DNA of 48,839 nt from an uncultured Actinomycetota bacterium. GTDB lineage: Bacteria; Actinomycetota; Humimicrobiia; Humimicrobiales; Humimicrobiaceae. Below are positions 29,280-39,491 of the stretch, one piece after another. A program made the translations under genes and the position numbers. The notes under the pieces are model-generated. The model made no database searches. It saw only the letters and a list, made by a program, of their open reading frames with translations, and had not been told where the DNA came from. Where the stretch lies: positions 1-48,839 of the forward strand of contig CAYGYY010000003.1 of NCBI GenBank assembly GCA_964354265.1, written 5' to 3'. Positions within the stretch are counted from its first letter, which is position 1. Each line of letters begins with the position of its first letter.

Positions 29280-30068
29280 ATGGCAGAATCAAAAAACGAA
29301 AGTCTTATAAAAGAAGGGTATATAACTGTTGTAGCAGGCCCCTGTGCTATTGAAAGCTGGGAACAGATAGATTCGATAGCTGCTGTTGTAAAGGACTGCG
29401 GTCTCAGGTTCTTGAGGGGAGGGGCATATAAGCCAAGGACATCGCCCTACAGCTTCCAGGGCCTGGAAACAAAAGGGCTGGAAATACTGCAAAAAATCGG
29501 CGAAAAATATGACTTGAAAACTGTTACTGAGGTTACAGATGCAGACACTGTAGATGAAGTAGCTGAGTATGTAGATGTACTCCAAATAGGCACACGCAAT
29601 ATGTCTAATTTTGCCCTGTTAAAAAGAGTTGGCAGGATAGCCAACCAGATGAATAAACCCGTTATTTTAAAGAGAGGCTGGGCATCGACTATTAAGGAAT
29701 GGCTTCTTGCTGTTGAATATATAACGTCTTCCGGTAATTCAGAAGTGGTCCTTTGCGAAAGAGGCATCAGGACATTTGAACCTTATACCAGGTTTACTCT
29801 TGACCTGTCAGCAGTCCCGGTCATAAAGAAGCTCAGCAAGCTTCCAATAATCATCGACCCTTCTCACGCTGTAGGACAGAGCGATCTTGTTGTACCGATG
29901 AGCAGGGCAGCTATTGCTGTGGGAGCTGACGGCCTTATAGTTGAGATCCATACAAATCCTGAGAAGGCTCTATGCGATGGGCAGCAGGCATTAAATGAGC
30001 ACCAGACCAGGGAAATGCTGCACCAGGTTAAATATATTGCAAAATTCTTCAATAAAAAACTACGTTGA
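29280..30068 (+). CDS. aroF: Type I-beta DAHP synthase (catalytic barrel only)
   Basis: [44 protein letters not shown]. Confidence 0.96.
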   Translation: MAESKNESLIKEGYITVVAGPCAIESWEQIDSIAAVVKDCGLRFLRGGAYKPRTSPYSFQGLETKGLEILQKIGEKYDLKTVTEVTDADTVDEVAEYVDVLQIGTRNMSNFALLKRVGRIANQMNKPVILKRGWASTIKEWLLAVEYITSSGNSEVVLCERGIRTFEPYTRFTLDLSAVPVIKKLSKLPIIIDPSHAVGQSDLVVPMSRAAIAVGADGLIVEIHTNPEKALCDGQQALNEHQTREMLHQVKYIAKFFNKKLR

Positions 30069-32275
30069 AACTCGAAGAGCAACTAAACCCTGAACAGTTA
30101 AAAGCAGTTAAAAGCATGGGTTCCCCGCTTCTTATCATTGCCGGAGCAGGAAGCGGAAAAACAAGAGTACTGACTTACAAGGTCTCATACCTGATAAGAG
30201 AAATCGGAGTAGACCCTTTTAATATCCTTGCAATAACCTTTACAAACAAGGCTGCCAGGGAGATGAAGAAAAGAGTTGTAGAGCTTGTAGGCAAGATCGG
30301 GGAAGTGATGTGGGTCAGCACCTTCCACTCATTCTGTGCAAGGATATTGCGGTTTGAGATACATAATCTTGGACTGCCTTCAAATTTTGTCATCTATGAT
30401 GAGCCGGACCAGCTGAGCCTTATTGCCAAATGCCTTACAGAACTGGATATAGACAGTAAGCGATTTCCGCCAAGAGCTGTCCATGCGGTGATATCTGATG
30501 CAAAAAACAGGCTGGTTGATGCAGAAACATTTAAAAAACAGGCTTCTGATTTTTATGAAAAAATAGTGGCAGACATATACCCAATGTACCAGTCAAAGCT
30601 TATAAAAGCTAATGCGCTGGATTTTGACGACCTCCTGATGTATACAGTTGATATACTGAAGAATTTTCCAGATATAAGGAACAAATACCAGGAGAAGTTC
30701 AGGTATATACTTGTAGATGAATTCCAGGATACAAATATCGCCCAGAATGAACTGATACTGCTTCTTGCCCAGAAGTATAAAAATATATATGTTGTGGGCG
30801 ATGACGACCAGAGCATTTATAGCTGGAGGGGCGCTGAAATTGAAAATATCATCAATTTTGATGAAAATTTTGAAAATACAAAAATAATTAAACTCGAACA
30901 GAATTACAGGTCGACAAAAAGTATCCTTGCAGCTGCCAATGGACTTATTGCCAATAATGAAAGCAGGAAAAAGAAGAAGCTATGGACAGAAAACCCGACC
31001 GGGGAGCACCTGTCCAAATATATCGCTTCTGATGAAAAGGAAGAAGTCCGCTTCATTATATCCAGGATAAAAAAATACACCCAGGGGCAGAACAGGCCTT
31101 ACAGGGATTTTGCAGTTTTTTACAGGACAAATGCCCAGTCAAGAGCAGTTGAGGAGCTTTTAATCAAGGAGAATATACCTTATAAAATATTCGGGGGGCT
31201 GAGATTTTACGACAGGAAAGAAATAAAGGACATGCTTGCATATCTTAAGCTTATATCAAATCCTAAAGATATTGTAAGCCTGCTTCGCATAATAAATGTA
31301 CCCGGCAGGAAAATAGGGAAAACGACTCTTGGGGAAATCGAGAGGTTTGCAGTCAAAAACCGGATGACTTTTCCTGAAGCCTTATATAAAAACAGTGAAA
31401 TAAATATGATTAGTCCAAAAACCAAAGAAAGGATAAATGATTTTCTTGATATGGTGTCCGAATTCAGGAGTTTTGCAGCAGATAATAATGTCGATGCGCT
31501 GCTTGAAAGAGTCTGGACCGATACCGGCTACGTGAAGGAGCTCGAGTTTGAGCAGACAATAGATGCTGCAAACCGCATAGAGAACTTAAAAGAGCTTTTA
31601 ACAGTCACAAAAGAATATGAATACAGGACTTTTATAACCAATCCGCCGGAAGAGGGAAGTCTTGCAGGACTTGACAGGTTTCTTGAAGAAGTCTCGCTGA
31701 TTTCTGATATAGATAATTATGATGATTCCATGGATGCAATAATACTGATGACATTGCATAATGCCAAAGGGCTTGAATTTCCTGTAGTGTTTATGATAGG
31801 TATGGAGGAGGGCATATTCCCCCACTCAAGGAGCATGCAAAGCCAGCATGAGATAGAGGAAGAAAGAAGGCTCTGCTATGTCGGCATTACAAGGGCAAAA
31901 GAAAAAGTGTTCCTGACATCGGCGCTAAGCCACAGCATTTTCGGCACAACAAGCTTTAAGACGCTTTCAAGATTTGTTCGGGAGCTGCCTGCAGAATTTA
32001 TTTATGATGAGAATATTGCAGAAGCTGAAAAAAGAAATTACAGGCGGACTTCAAAAAAAGAAACTGATTTGTTCTCTGATTATGCAAGAAGTGAGCACAA
32101 TATATTTACGGATTACAGGACTGGCGATAAAATCGAGCATAAAATGTGGGGGAAAGGCGAAGTGCTGAAGGTTAAAATGCTAAAGGACGATGTGGAAATC
32201 GACGTAGTTTTTGAAACGGCCGGCCTGAAGCATCTGCTGGTGAGCTTTGCGCCCATTCGCAGGGTTTCTGATTGA
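30065..32275 (+). CDS. pcrA: PcrA/UvrD superfamily 1 helicase
   Basis: [49 protein letters not shown]; Tudor-like C-terminal domain. Confidence 0.97.
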   Translation: MKLEEQLNPEQLKAVKSMGSPLLIIAGAGSGKTRVLTYKVSYLIREIGVDPFNILAITFTNKAAREMKKRVVELVGKIGEVMWVSTFHSFCARILRFEIHNLGLPSNFVIYDEPDQLSLIAKCLTELDIDSKRFPPRAVHAVISDAKNRLVDAETFKKQASDFYEKIVADIYPMYQSKLIKANALDFDDLLMYTVDILKNFPDIRNKYQEKFRYILVDEFQDTNIAQNELILLLAQKYKNIYVVGDDDQSIYSWRGAEIENIINFDENFENTKIIKLEQNYRSTKSILAAANGLIANNESRKKKKLWTENPTGEHLSKYIASDEKEEVRFIISRIKKYTQGQNRPYRDFAVFYRTNAQSRAVEELLIKENIPYKIFGGLRFYDRKEIKDMLAYLKLISNPKDIVSLLRIINVPGRKIGKTTLGEIERFAVKNRMTFPEALYKNSEINMISPKTKERINDFLDMVSEFRSFAADNNVDALLERVWTDTGYVKELEFEQTIDAANRIENLKELLTVTKEYEYRTFITNPPEEGSLAGLDRFLEEVSLISDIDNYDDSMDAIILMTLHNAKGLEFPVVFMIGMEEGIFPHSRSMQSQHEIEEERRLCYVGITRAKEKVFLTSALSHSIFGTTSFKTLSRFVRELPAEFIYDENIAEAEKRNYRRTSKKETDLFSDYARSEHNIFTDYRTGDKIEHKMWGKGEVLKVKMLKDDVEIDVVFETAGLKHLLVSFAPIRRVSD

Positions 32276-32373
32276 TATTACAGCTTAAATTGAAACCCTG
32301 ACCTCTAAGCATTAAAATATATTTCGTATTAATACTTTTTTATTACTCTTAAGAAATAAATTTTATATCTAAT

Positions 32374-33354
32374 ATGAAGAGCCAGAATCATAACCATAAC
32401 CATCGTGAAGGCAGCATAGGATACTCCCACTCACACCAGTTCAGGTCTTATGAGAGAAAAAGGCTGCTAATTGCAATAATACTTACAGGCGTAATGATGG
32501 TAGGCGAAGTGATCGGCGGGTTGGTTTCAGGAAGCCTTGCGCTTCTCAGTGACGCAGGACATATGCTTACCCATTCATTTGCCCTGCTTGTCAGTTTTCT
32601 TGCCATCCTTTATGCCTGCAGGCCTGCTACAAAGGAAAAAAGCTTCGGTTTTTACAGGGCGGAGATACTTGCTGCACTTTTTAATGGCGTTACATTGATA
32701 ATAATAACGGGCTTTATATTATGGGAAGCATATAAAAGGATATTGGAACCAAGGCCCATTGACGAGATAGAAATGATAGTCGTTGCAGTGATAGGCCTTA
32801 TTGTAAACATTGCTACTGCAGCAATACTCTGGAAGGCCAGCAGGGAAAGCTTGAATATAAGGAGCGCATTTGTCCACATGATTGGCGACACCGCCTCTTC
32901 TGTCGGCGTTGTAATAGGTGCAGTGATAATATATTTTACCGGTTTTTATATTATAGACCCGATTTTTTCAATACTCATAGCAATACTCATACTTGTGTGG
33001 GCTTTTTCTCTTATAAGGGATTCAGTAAGGATACTTATGGAATCCACACCGAAAAATATAAATGTAAATGCACTCAAGGAAAACCTCATAAACAATTTTT
33101 CACCTGTAAAGGACATGCATGACCTGCACGTCTGGGAAATAACCACCGGCATGTACTGCATGAGCGCCCATATTATAATTGAAGATATGAATGTAAGCAG
33201 CACTGAAGCCCTTCTTGCAGAAATAAATGCTTTCCTGCAGGATAAATACAATATACAGCATCCAATAGTACAGTTTGAGACCGGAAAAGGTTTTGAGCAT
33301 GACCATTCCTGTGAGCTTGACAGATTTAACCACCCTGAAAAAACTTCACAATAA
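32374..33354 (+). CDS. Cation diffusion facilitator (CDF) metal exporter
   Basis: His-rich N-terminus, SLALLSDAGHMLTH, SFGFYRAE, HMIGD, HDLHVW. Confidence 0.93.
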   Translation: MKSQNHNHNHREGSIGYSHSHQFRSYERKRLLIAIILTGVMMVGEVIGGLVSGSLALLSDAGHMLTHSFALLVSFLAILYACRPATKEKSFGFYRAEILAALFNGVTLIIITGFILWEAYKRILEPRPIDEIEMIVVAVIGLIVNIATAAILWKASRESLNIRSAFVHMIGDTASSVGVVIGAVIIYFTGFYIIDPIFSILIAILILVWAFSLIRDSVRILMESTPKNINVNALKENLINNFSPVKDMHDLHVWEITTGMYCMSAHIIIEDMNVSSTEALLAEINAFLQDKYNIQHPIVQFETGKGFEHDHSCELDRFNHPEKTSQ

Positions 33355-33418
33355 TTCCTGAAGATTTCCTTTAAGGTTCTTCTATATTCTGTAGTTCAAA
33401 TTTATCGTTTTAATTGTC

Positions 33419-34537
33419 CTATCTTATCTCTTCAATTTCGTATTCAGTGCTGCCCATTTTCTTTTGTACCATTGGCGCAAGCTGCAAATAAGGGTCCTTA
33501 CCCCAGACTCGTTCAAACAAATGACCGCCTTTTCTTAACTCCCAGTGCGAAGGGAGGGAATTCGGCAGAATATTTTCAGTCTTTATCATGTCCAGCGAAG
33601 CCTTATCTATTGCAACTATATCATCAGATGCCATGATTCCAATATCCGGCACCATGGAAGGTGTAGACATGCCCCAGCAGTCACACAAAATAGTTATATT
33701 TGTCAGCATATTTATATTGTAAATATTTCCGGGCTTGAATGTCTTCAAAACTTCTGTTGCTGATACTGCCATTCCTTCCTGGAAATCAAGATATTTTTTA
33801 CCTGAAAATTTAAGGGCTTTCGCCGGGCATATTTCTACGCAGTGCAGGCAGTATGTGCAATCATGTATGAAGGTCTCATATTTACCATCTTTATTGAATT
33901 TATTTGCCTTATACCTGCATTCTTCAACACATTTGTTGCAATGTGTGCAGAGTTCCCAGTCCCAGACTATACCGCTGCCACCGGAATGAAGCAGGTGCAG
34001 TTCCTGTCTTGTTTTTTTTGTGACGCATCCCATCGATATATTCTTTAATGCGCCTCCAAAACTGCTTATCCCGTGTCCCTTTAAATGTGAAAAATTAACC
34101 AGCACTTCAGCGTCATAAATATGGCCGGCTATCTGTATTTCTTTTAAGGTCTTGTAGTCAACTTTCTTTGAATAATAATATTTATCAAAAACTCCTGCTA
34201 TGGGAATTATCGGCGCGCCAAGCATATCTTCACTATAGCCCCTATTTTTTGAGTTCCTGACACCGAAGTCACCGGAATTCTCAAGAAAAATGTCTGTTAT
34301 AAAAACATCGCCTCCCGCATCCCGTATATTTCTTACAAGTATTTTTGTAAATAAGGGATGGATGGTCGTATATCCGATATTGCTGCCAAGGTGCATTTTC
34401 AGGGCGACCATTTTACCCTTGACCATTTTCCTTAAAGGTATTTTAGAAAGCATTCTTTCAAATTTGGCCGGCAATGTATTTTTTGCATCTATGCTTTCAA
34501 AACCTGATGATGCAAATTTTACTATGGATTTTTTCAT
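33419..34537 (-). CDS. DUF362 domain protein with 2x[4Fe-4S] ferredoxin module
   Basis: VALKMHLG, HLKGH, GGALKNISMGC, CxxCxxCxxxC x2, CDC, DIVAIDKASLD. Confidence 0.88.
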   Translation of the reverse strand: MKKSIVKFASSGFESIDAKNTLPAKFERMLSKIPLRKMVKGKMVALKMHLGSNIGYTTIHPLFTKILVRNIRDAGGDVFITDIFLENSGDFGVRNSKNRGYSEDMLGAPIIPIAGVFDKYYYSKKVDYKTLKEIQIAGHIYDAEVLVNFSHLKGHGISSFGGALKNISMGCVTKKTRQELHLLHSGGSGIVWDWELCTHCNKCVEECRYKANKFNKDGKYETFIHDCTYCLHCVEICPAKALKFSGKKYLDFQEGMAVSATEVLKTFKPGNIYNINMLTNITILCDCWGMSTPSMVPDIGIMASDDIVAIDKASLDMIKTENILPNSLPSHWELRKGGHLFERVWGKDPYLQLAPMVQKKMGSTEYEIEEIR

Positions 34538-34673
34538 TTGTTGCCCCGTTTCTAATTTGTTTACTGTTCTTGAGATTATAGGATTAAATCATAATAAATA
34601 GCAAAATTAAAAAGAAATTTTTAATGGTCCGGCAATAATAAGTGCAATAATAAGTATATTATGTATTCATGCC

Positions 34674-35225
34674 CTATAGAATGTGTTCCAGCAGAATCTT
34701 TGTGCCTATCCCTATTAAAATAATGCCTCCGGCAAGCTCTATCCTGTTTTTCAGGTATTTTCCAGCTTTATGGCCAACGAAATACCCCAGCACAGAGAAA
34801 GAAAAAGCAAAAAACCCGATTATCATTACAGAATACACAATAGGCATTTTCAGTATCGCAATGCTGAGCCCGACTGCAAGGGCGTCTATGCTTGTTGCAA
34901 TAGCCAGTATAAAAAGTGTGTAATTATTTAATATGTCGCGGTTTTTTTTCTCTTCATCCTTCTCAAAAGATTCAATTATCATCTTGATGCCAATTGCCAG
35001 TAAAAGCCCAAATGCGATCCAGTGGTCGAATCCTTCTATAAGGTCCTTAAAGCTGAGTCCTACTGCCCAGCCGATGACCGGCATTAAAACCTGGAAGCCC
35101 CCGAAGAATGCCCCGATTTTTACAGCATTCACCAACCTGGGGTTTTTGACAAGCGCACCTCCTGCAACAGCGACTGCAAAGCAGTCAAGCGCAAGGCTTA
35201 TGGATATTAGAACTATTTCCCACAT
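34674..35225 (-). CDS. mntP: Manganese efflux pump
   Basis: SLALDCFAVA, FQVLMP, DHWIAF, ATSIDALAVG. Confidence 0.93.
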   Translation of the reverse strand: MWEIVLISISLALDCFAVAVAGGALVKNPRLVNAVKIGAFFGGFQVLMPVIGWAVGLSFKDLIEGFDHWIAFGLLLAIGIKMIIESFEKDEEKKNRDILNNYTLFILAIATSIDALAVGLSIAILKMPIVYSVMIIGFFAFSFSVLGYFVGHKAGKYLKNRIELAGGIILIGIGTKILLEHIL

Positions 35226-35327
35226 ATTTACATAAAACCAGATTACTGGCTTTTGGATGGTTTTTTAAAATTTAAAAATGAAAGTTTAATTAATTTGCAG
35301 AAAATTATCAACAAATCTGGATAATAA

Positions 35328-36095
35328 TTAAAGCAGGTTAAGGATTTTTTCTTTTATCCTTATAAAGGTATCTGAGGTAAAGGTCCTGTTGTCTCTGGGC
35401 CTTTCTATGTTTATTTCGAAGACCTCTTTTACTACAGCAGGTCTTTTAGAAAGCAGGTATATCCTGTCAGACAAAAAAATCGCCTCATCAATATCATGTG
35501 TAATAAAAAGTACTGATGCATTTATCTTTTCCCATATATCCAAAAGCCATAACTGCATCCTGTGCCTTGTAATCGCGTCCAGGCTGCCAAAAGGCTCATC
35601 CAGAAGCATTATATCATCTGCAAAAAGATATGTCCTGAGCAGCGCGGCTCTCTGGCGCATCCCGCCGGAAAGCTGGCCGGGATAACTATTTTCAAAACCG
35701 TCAAGCCCGAAAGTATGGAACTGTTTTTTTGCTTTTTCAGTTGAATGCTTTATGCTCATTCCCTTTATCCTTAAAGGCAAAGAAACATTTGTAAGGATAG
35801 TGTTCCATGGGAAAAGAAGGTCCTTCTGGTGCATGTAGCTTACGCGGCCCGTCCTGCCGTTAAAATTTTTTCCATCAATAAAAACAGTCCCATAATCCGG
35901 TTTTTCAAGCCCGGCTATAACATCAAATAACGTGCTCTTTCCGCACCCGCTGGGTCCTATAATCGATACAAACTGCTGCCTGCCAAGACTCAGCGACACG
36001 TCTTCAATAGTGTAGAGGTCACCAAAACTCTTCTTTATGTTATTTACCTTGATAAGTATCCTGTCTGGTTCTTCTGTTAATGGTTTTTTCTTCAT
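35328..36095 (-). CDS. ABC ATPase (ThiZ-like, NitT/TauT type)
   Basis: GPSGCGKST, LSGGMRQR, LLDEPF, ITHDIDEA. Confidence 0.92.
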   Translation of the reverse strand: MKKKPLTEEPDRILIKVNNIKKSFGDLYTIEDVSLSLGRQQFVSIIGPSGCGKSTLFDVIAGLEKPDYGTVFIDGKNFNGRTGRVSYMHQKDLLFPWNTILTNVSLPLRIKGMSIKHSTEKAKKQFHTFGLDGFENSYPGQLSGGMRQRAALLRTYLFADDIMLLDEPFGSLDAITRHRMQLWLLDIWEKINASVLFITHDIDEAIFLSDRIYLLSKRPAVVKEVFEINIERPRDNRTFTSDTFIRIKEKILNLL

Positions 36096-36104
36096 AAATC
36101 CCTA

Positions 36105-37211
36105 TTACTCAAGGAAATCATTTGTAAATGCTTTTTCAGCTTCAAGTTTTGCGGGTATCAGATTATTATCATACATCCATCTGCTGAATGTCTCCCAGGT
36201 AGCGCTCTTCATGATTCCCCAATCAGGAGAATCCGAAATATACTGGCCGGCCAGGTATTCCTGGCTCGCAACAACAATATTTCTGTCAAGCTCCGGCACC
36301 TCGCTTATAAGGATATCTGCAGCTTTTTCCGGGTTTTGGATAGCATAAAGATAACCTTTTTTTGTTGCGCGCAGGAAACTTTTAACTAGCCCGGGGTTTT
36401 CAATTAAAGTTTTTTCGCTTGCAATTATAACTGGAGTATAAAAGTCAAGATCGCTGTCAAGTTCCTGCAGAAGCATAAAATCAATCTTGAAATCTTTCTG
36501 CTCTGCAGCAACGCCATCCCATCCATAGTATATCCATGCAAAATCAACATCTTTTGTAACGCTTGTAAAGAAATCAGATGCGCCTATGTTTATTATTTCT
36601 ACTTTACTGTAATCCCCGCCGAATTTATCCATCAAACCTTTAAGCATTGCTTCTTCCATTGGTGAGCCCCATCCGCCATATTTTTTACCCTCAAAGTCTT
36701 TGGGGGACTTTATATTCCTGTCAACAGGGGAGGCAAACCCTGAAGTATTATGTGCAATGATAGCCGCAACTGCAATTACGGGCAGGGGCTGTTCTGCAGT
36801 CCTTGCATATGTCACCTGTTCCTGGTAGCTTATGCCGAACTCGCCTTTGCCTGCAGCAATCAGGTCAGGGCTACCCCCTTCTACAGGCTGTACTATTTCG
36901 ACTTCCAGGCCTTCCTGAGCATAATACCCGAGCTTCCTGGCTGCATAGATTCCAGTATGGTTTGTATTTGGCACCCAGTCAAGCACCACTGTTATCTTAG
37001 CGGGCTGAGCGCCTGAAGTATCATTTTTGCCAGCCTGCTGGCTGATATCGGCTGCGCTGCATCCTGTAATGGTTAAAAAAAACAGCAAGGCCGTAACTGC
37101 AGCAAATACCATATACATTGCTTTATTGTGTTTTGCTTTATGTGCGCCTGCATTATGGCATTTATTTTTTTTAGCTTCTTTTCCAGAATTTATTATTTTC
37201 ATTTCTTTCAC
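36105..37211 (-). CDS. NMT1/THI5-like (ThiY) substrate-binding lipoprotein
   Basis: LDWVPNTNHTG, ISYQE, WIYYGWDG, FYTPV; lipobox ITGC; start uncertain. Confidence 0.88.
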   Translation of the reverse strand: MKEMKIINSGKEAKKNKCHNAGAHKAKHNKAMYMVFAAVTALLFFLTITGCSAADISQQAGKNDTSGAQPAKITVVLDWVPNTNHTGIYAARKLGYYAQEGLEVEIVQPVEGGSPDLIAAGKGEFGISYQEQVTYARTAEQPLPVIAVAAIIAHNTSGFASPVDRNIKSPKDFEGKKYGGWGSPMEEAMLKGLMDKFGGDYSKVEIINIGASDFFTSVTKDVDFAWIYYGWDGVAAEQKDFKIDFMLLQELDSDLDFYTPVIIASEKTLIENPGLVKSFLRATKKGYLYAIQNPEKAADILISEVPELDRNIVVASQEYLAGQYISDSPDWGIMKSATWETFSRWMYDNNLIPAKLEAEKAFTNDFLE

Positions 37212-37235
37212 CTCTTTTTTTGGATTATCCGGTTC

Positions 37236-38015
37236 CTATTCTTCAATTAATGTTTCTTCCTGGATAGTACGCCAGGGCATAAACCTTCTTTCCCAGAACT
37301 CGATTATTTTCAGCATAAGTATGCTCAGCACAGTAATAATTATGATAGCTGCAAATACCCTGTCTGTCTGGAAAGAATGTTTCGCCCTTATCATGTATAC
37401 CCCCAGGCCGTTCTTGCCGCCGACCCACTCCCCGATAGTTGCGCCCATTATGCTGTATGTTGCCGCAATCTTGAGCCCGGAAAAAAAGTCAGGCATTGCT
37501 GATGGTATCTTAACAAACCTGTAAATCTGGAACCGGCTTGCGCCCATTGACCTTAGAAGGTCTATGAATTCCCTGTCTACAGTCGAAAGCCCCTGCAAGA
37601 AGCTCACTGCGATAGGGAAAAAACAGATAAGTATAACGATTATTATTTTTGGCGTGTAACCATATCCGAACCATATAATGAAAAGCGGCGCCAGTATGAT
37701 TATAGGTATGGTCTGGGAAATGATTACAAGTGGATAGATAGTCTTTTTTACGCCAATCAAAGCATCCATCATTATTGCAATACCTGCTGCAAGCAAAACT
37801 GCTATGGCAAAGCCTACCACAGTTTCAAAAAGGGTTACAAGGATATGACTTCCCATTGCAGTAAATCCTGTTATAAGGCTTACAATTATCCTGCTCGGCG
37901 CAGGCAGGATAAAAGCAGGTACAATCTCAAACCTTGATACTATCTCCCATATTGCAAGAAGGCCGAAAAAGAACGCTGCAGGATATAACATATTTTTATA
38001 ATTTGTTTTTTTCAT
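37236..38015 (-). CDS. ABC permease (ThiX-like)
   Basis: ILPAPS, SQTIP, APLFIIWFGYG, GEWVGGKNGLG; ATG at 38015 preferred over TTG at 38057. Confidence 0.9.
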   Translation of the reverse strand: MKKTNYKNMLYPAAFFFGLLAIWEIVSRFEIVPAFILPAPSRIIVSLITGFTAMGSHILVTLFETVVGFAIAVLLAAGIAIMMDALIGVKKTIYPLVIISQTIPIIILAPLFIIWFGYGYTPKIIIVILICFFPIAVSFLQGLSTVDREFIDLLRSMGASRFQIYRFVKIPSAMPDFFSGLKIAATYSIMGATIGEWVGGKNGLGVYMIRAKHSFQTDRVFAAIIIITVLSILMLKIIEFWERRFMPWRTIQEETLIEE

Positions 38016-38053
38016 AAATATAGTTTTTACATTAATTATAAATATTGCACTTC

Positions 38054-38839
38054 TCAAAGTTCCCTGACGACAAGCAGGACGCCTTCGGAAAAACTTATCT
38101 TTGCCGAGTTTTTCGTAAATTCATTGCTAAGCCCGCGCACAGGACTGAATAAAAGTTTTTCTTTTTTTAACCTGTATTTAAGTCCTGTAGTCCTTTCAAA
38201 AAAAACATATGGAGTTAAAGAAAAAAGCGACAACTTTTTGCCTGCTTCACTGTCAAGGTTAAATGTCTTTTTAGCTATGAAAATCTCGCTGTTGTCTGTT
38301 ATTATCCTGATGTCGTGCCCCTCATATGCAGGATTTGAAAGAAGCACCAGGTTTGCAAAGCTGTGATCAGCTCTGCTGCCGAATGCGCCAAGGATGATTA
38401 TTCTTTTAAACCCTGATTTTATCAGATGGTCCAGCGCGATTTGAGTATCGCTCTCGTCCTTATTCGGGCTGCAACTGATAAACTCTATTTCCCCTGTAAA
38501 AGCTGCGGTATTTAATTTCTCTACCATAGCCTTTGTGATGCTGTCCATGTCGCCGATTATAAGATCAGGGATAATCCTGAAATTTATGCAATGCATCGCA
38601 CCTCCATCGGCTGCAGCGATAAAACAATCTTTTGAAAAACCCGGGGTATTCCTGACATTTCTCCAAACCTGGGAATAGTTTTTTATGCTGCCATTTGTTA
38701 CCAGTATTGCCATTTCCTGCAAAGCTTTTTGGGGCTTTTTAGAATCAGCATTTTTTAACATACGATTTTTTAAGCCTGGTTTGACTGAATCACCATTATT
38801 GAAAAGGGTCATATTTTTTTCATTCATCTTTTTACTCAC
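38054..38839 (-). CDS. thiN: Thiamine pyrophosphokinase
   Basis: AADGG, IIGDMDSI, KDESDT, GAFGSRADH, GLKY, GLSNE; N-terminal extension, start uncertain. Confidence 0.93.
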   Translation of the reverse strand: MSKKMNEKNMTLFNNGDSVKPGLKNRMLKNADSKKPQKALQEMAILVTNGSIKNYSQVWRNVRNTPGFSKDCFIAAADGGAMHCINFRIIPDLIIGDMDSITKAMVEKLNTAAFTGEIEFISCSPNKDESDTQIALDHLIKSGFKRIIILGAFGSRADHSFANLVLLSNPAYEGHDIRIITDNSEIFIAKKTFNLDSEAGKKLSLFSLTPYVFFERTTGLKYRLKKEKLLFSPVRGLSNEFTKNSAKISFSEGVLLVVREL

Positions 38840-38896
38840 TTATATTCTTTCTTATTTATATTGTTCATATGGGACGAGGTCCAGGCTTTATAAAAT

Positions 38897-38942
38897 AAAA
38901 AAACTACCAACCTGGTCCTTAAGTAAAAGCAGGATTAGTAGT
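38897..38942 (-). terminator. Riboswitch expression-platform terminator
   Basis: Minus strand ACTACTAATCCTG...CAGGTTGGTAGT followed by a T-run, between the aptamer and thiN. Confidence 0.8.
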
Positions 38943-38954
38943 CTTGTTCTTTAA

Positions 38955-39042
38955 CTTGCTATCCCTACGCTAGTATTACCTAGATCAGGTAAAATGGGTC
39001 GGCATTTTTCTGCCCTCTCAGCCCTTTCGGCTCCCCTGATTT
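38955..39042 (-). ncRNA. TPP riboswitch aptamer
   Basis: Minus strand AGGGGAGCCGAAAGGGCTGAGAG...GACCC...ACCTGATCTAGGTAATACTAGCGTAGGGA: CTGAGA, CCTGAT, GTAAT and GCGTAGGGA consensus elements; upstream of thiamine genes. Confidence 0.95.
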
Positions 39043-39071
39043 ATATTAGCACAAGCACTTTGCTTATGCAA
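39043..39071 (-). promoter_or_regulatory. Promoter of the TPP-riboswitch operon
   Basis: Minus strand TTGCAT-17-TAATAT with TGn extension, immediately before the aptamer. Confidence 0.65.
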
Positions 39072-39134
39072 TTAATAGGTTCAGGCTGAAAATAAGCTTA
39101 AAGTCTAAAAAATAATCAGGCTGTTTTTGAAGCG

Positions 39135-39184
39135 TTGACAAGCACGTGTTATTTGTAATATATTAATACGTGTAAATGCATGTA
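39135..39184 (+). promoter_or_regulatory. TA promoter with repeated candidate operator boxes
   Basis: TTGACA (39135)-18-TATATT; GCACGTGT (39142), TACGTGTA (39167), TGCATGTA (39177). Confidence 0.55.
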
Positions 39185-39248
39185 GAACATTATATATCAG
39201 CATCTTATCAATATAGTTTTAAATACAAATACATGCCTGGAGAACTGC

Positions 39249-39491
39249 ATGGTAAAGAAATTGACGCTGACTTTAGACAGCAAAGTAATTGAAGCTGCAA
39301 AAATATATGCTAAAAAGAATAATATGAGCCTGTCCGGGATAGTCGGGCTTTATTTTAGAAGCCTGTCCACAGGCATTGATAATGGAAAGGTACCTCCCAT
39401 AACAAAGGAGTTGTCAGGTATCGCAAAGTTTGATTCTAAAAAATCTGACAGGCAACTTTTAAAAGAAGCTTTGAACAAAAGATTTGTATGA
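39249..39491 (+). CDS. DUF6364-like ribbon-helix-helix antitoxin
   Basis: KKLTLTLDSKVIEAAKIYAKKNNMSLS...PPITKELSGI; overlaps the PIN gene. Confidence 0.85.
   Translation: MVKKLTLTLDSKVIEAAKIYAKKNNMSLSGIVGLYFRSLSTGIDNGKVPPITKELSGIAKFDSKKSDRQLLKEALNKRFV

Noticed and set aside
29154-29282. Read-through fusion of chorismate mutase and DAHP synthase (same frame)
   Set aside because: A second in-frame stop (TAA) lies in the spacer, which does not look coding
35226-35327. yybP-ykoY manganese riboswitch upstream of mntP
   Set aside because: The spacer is AT-rich with only a small hairpin; no recognisable aptamer consensus
39046-39072. TTAGCAC CIRCE-like start upstream of the TA-hrcA cluster
   Set aside because: No matching right arm; better explained as the minus-strand promoter of the TPP riboswitch
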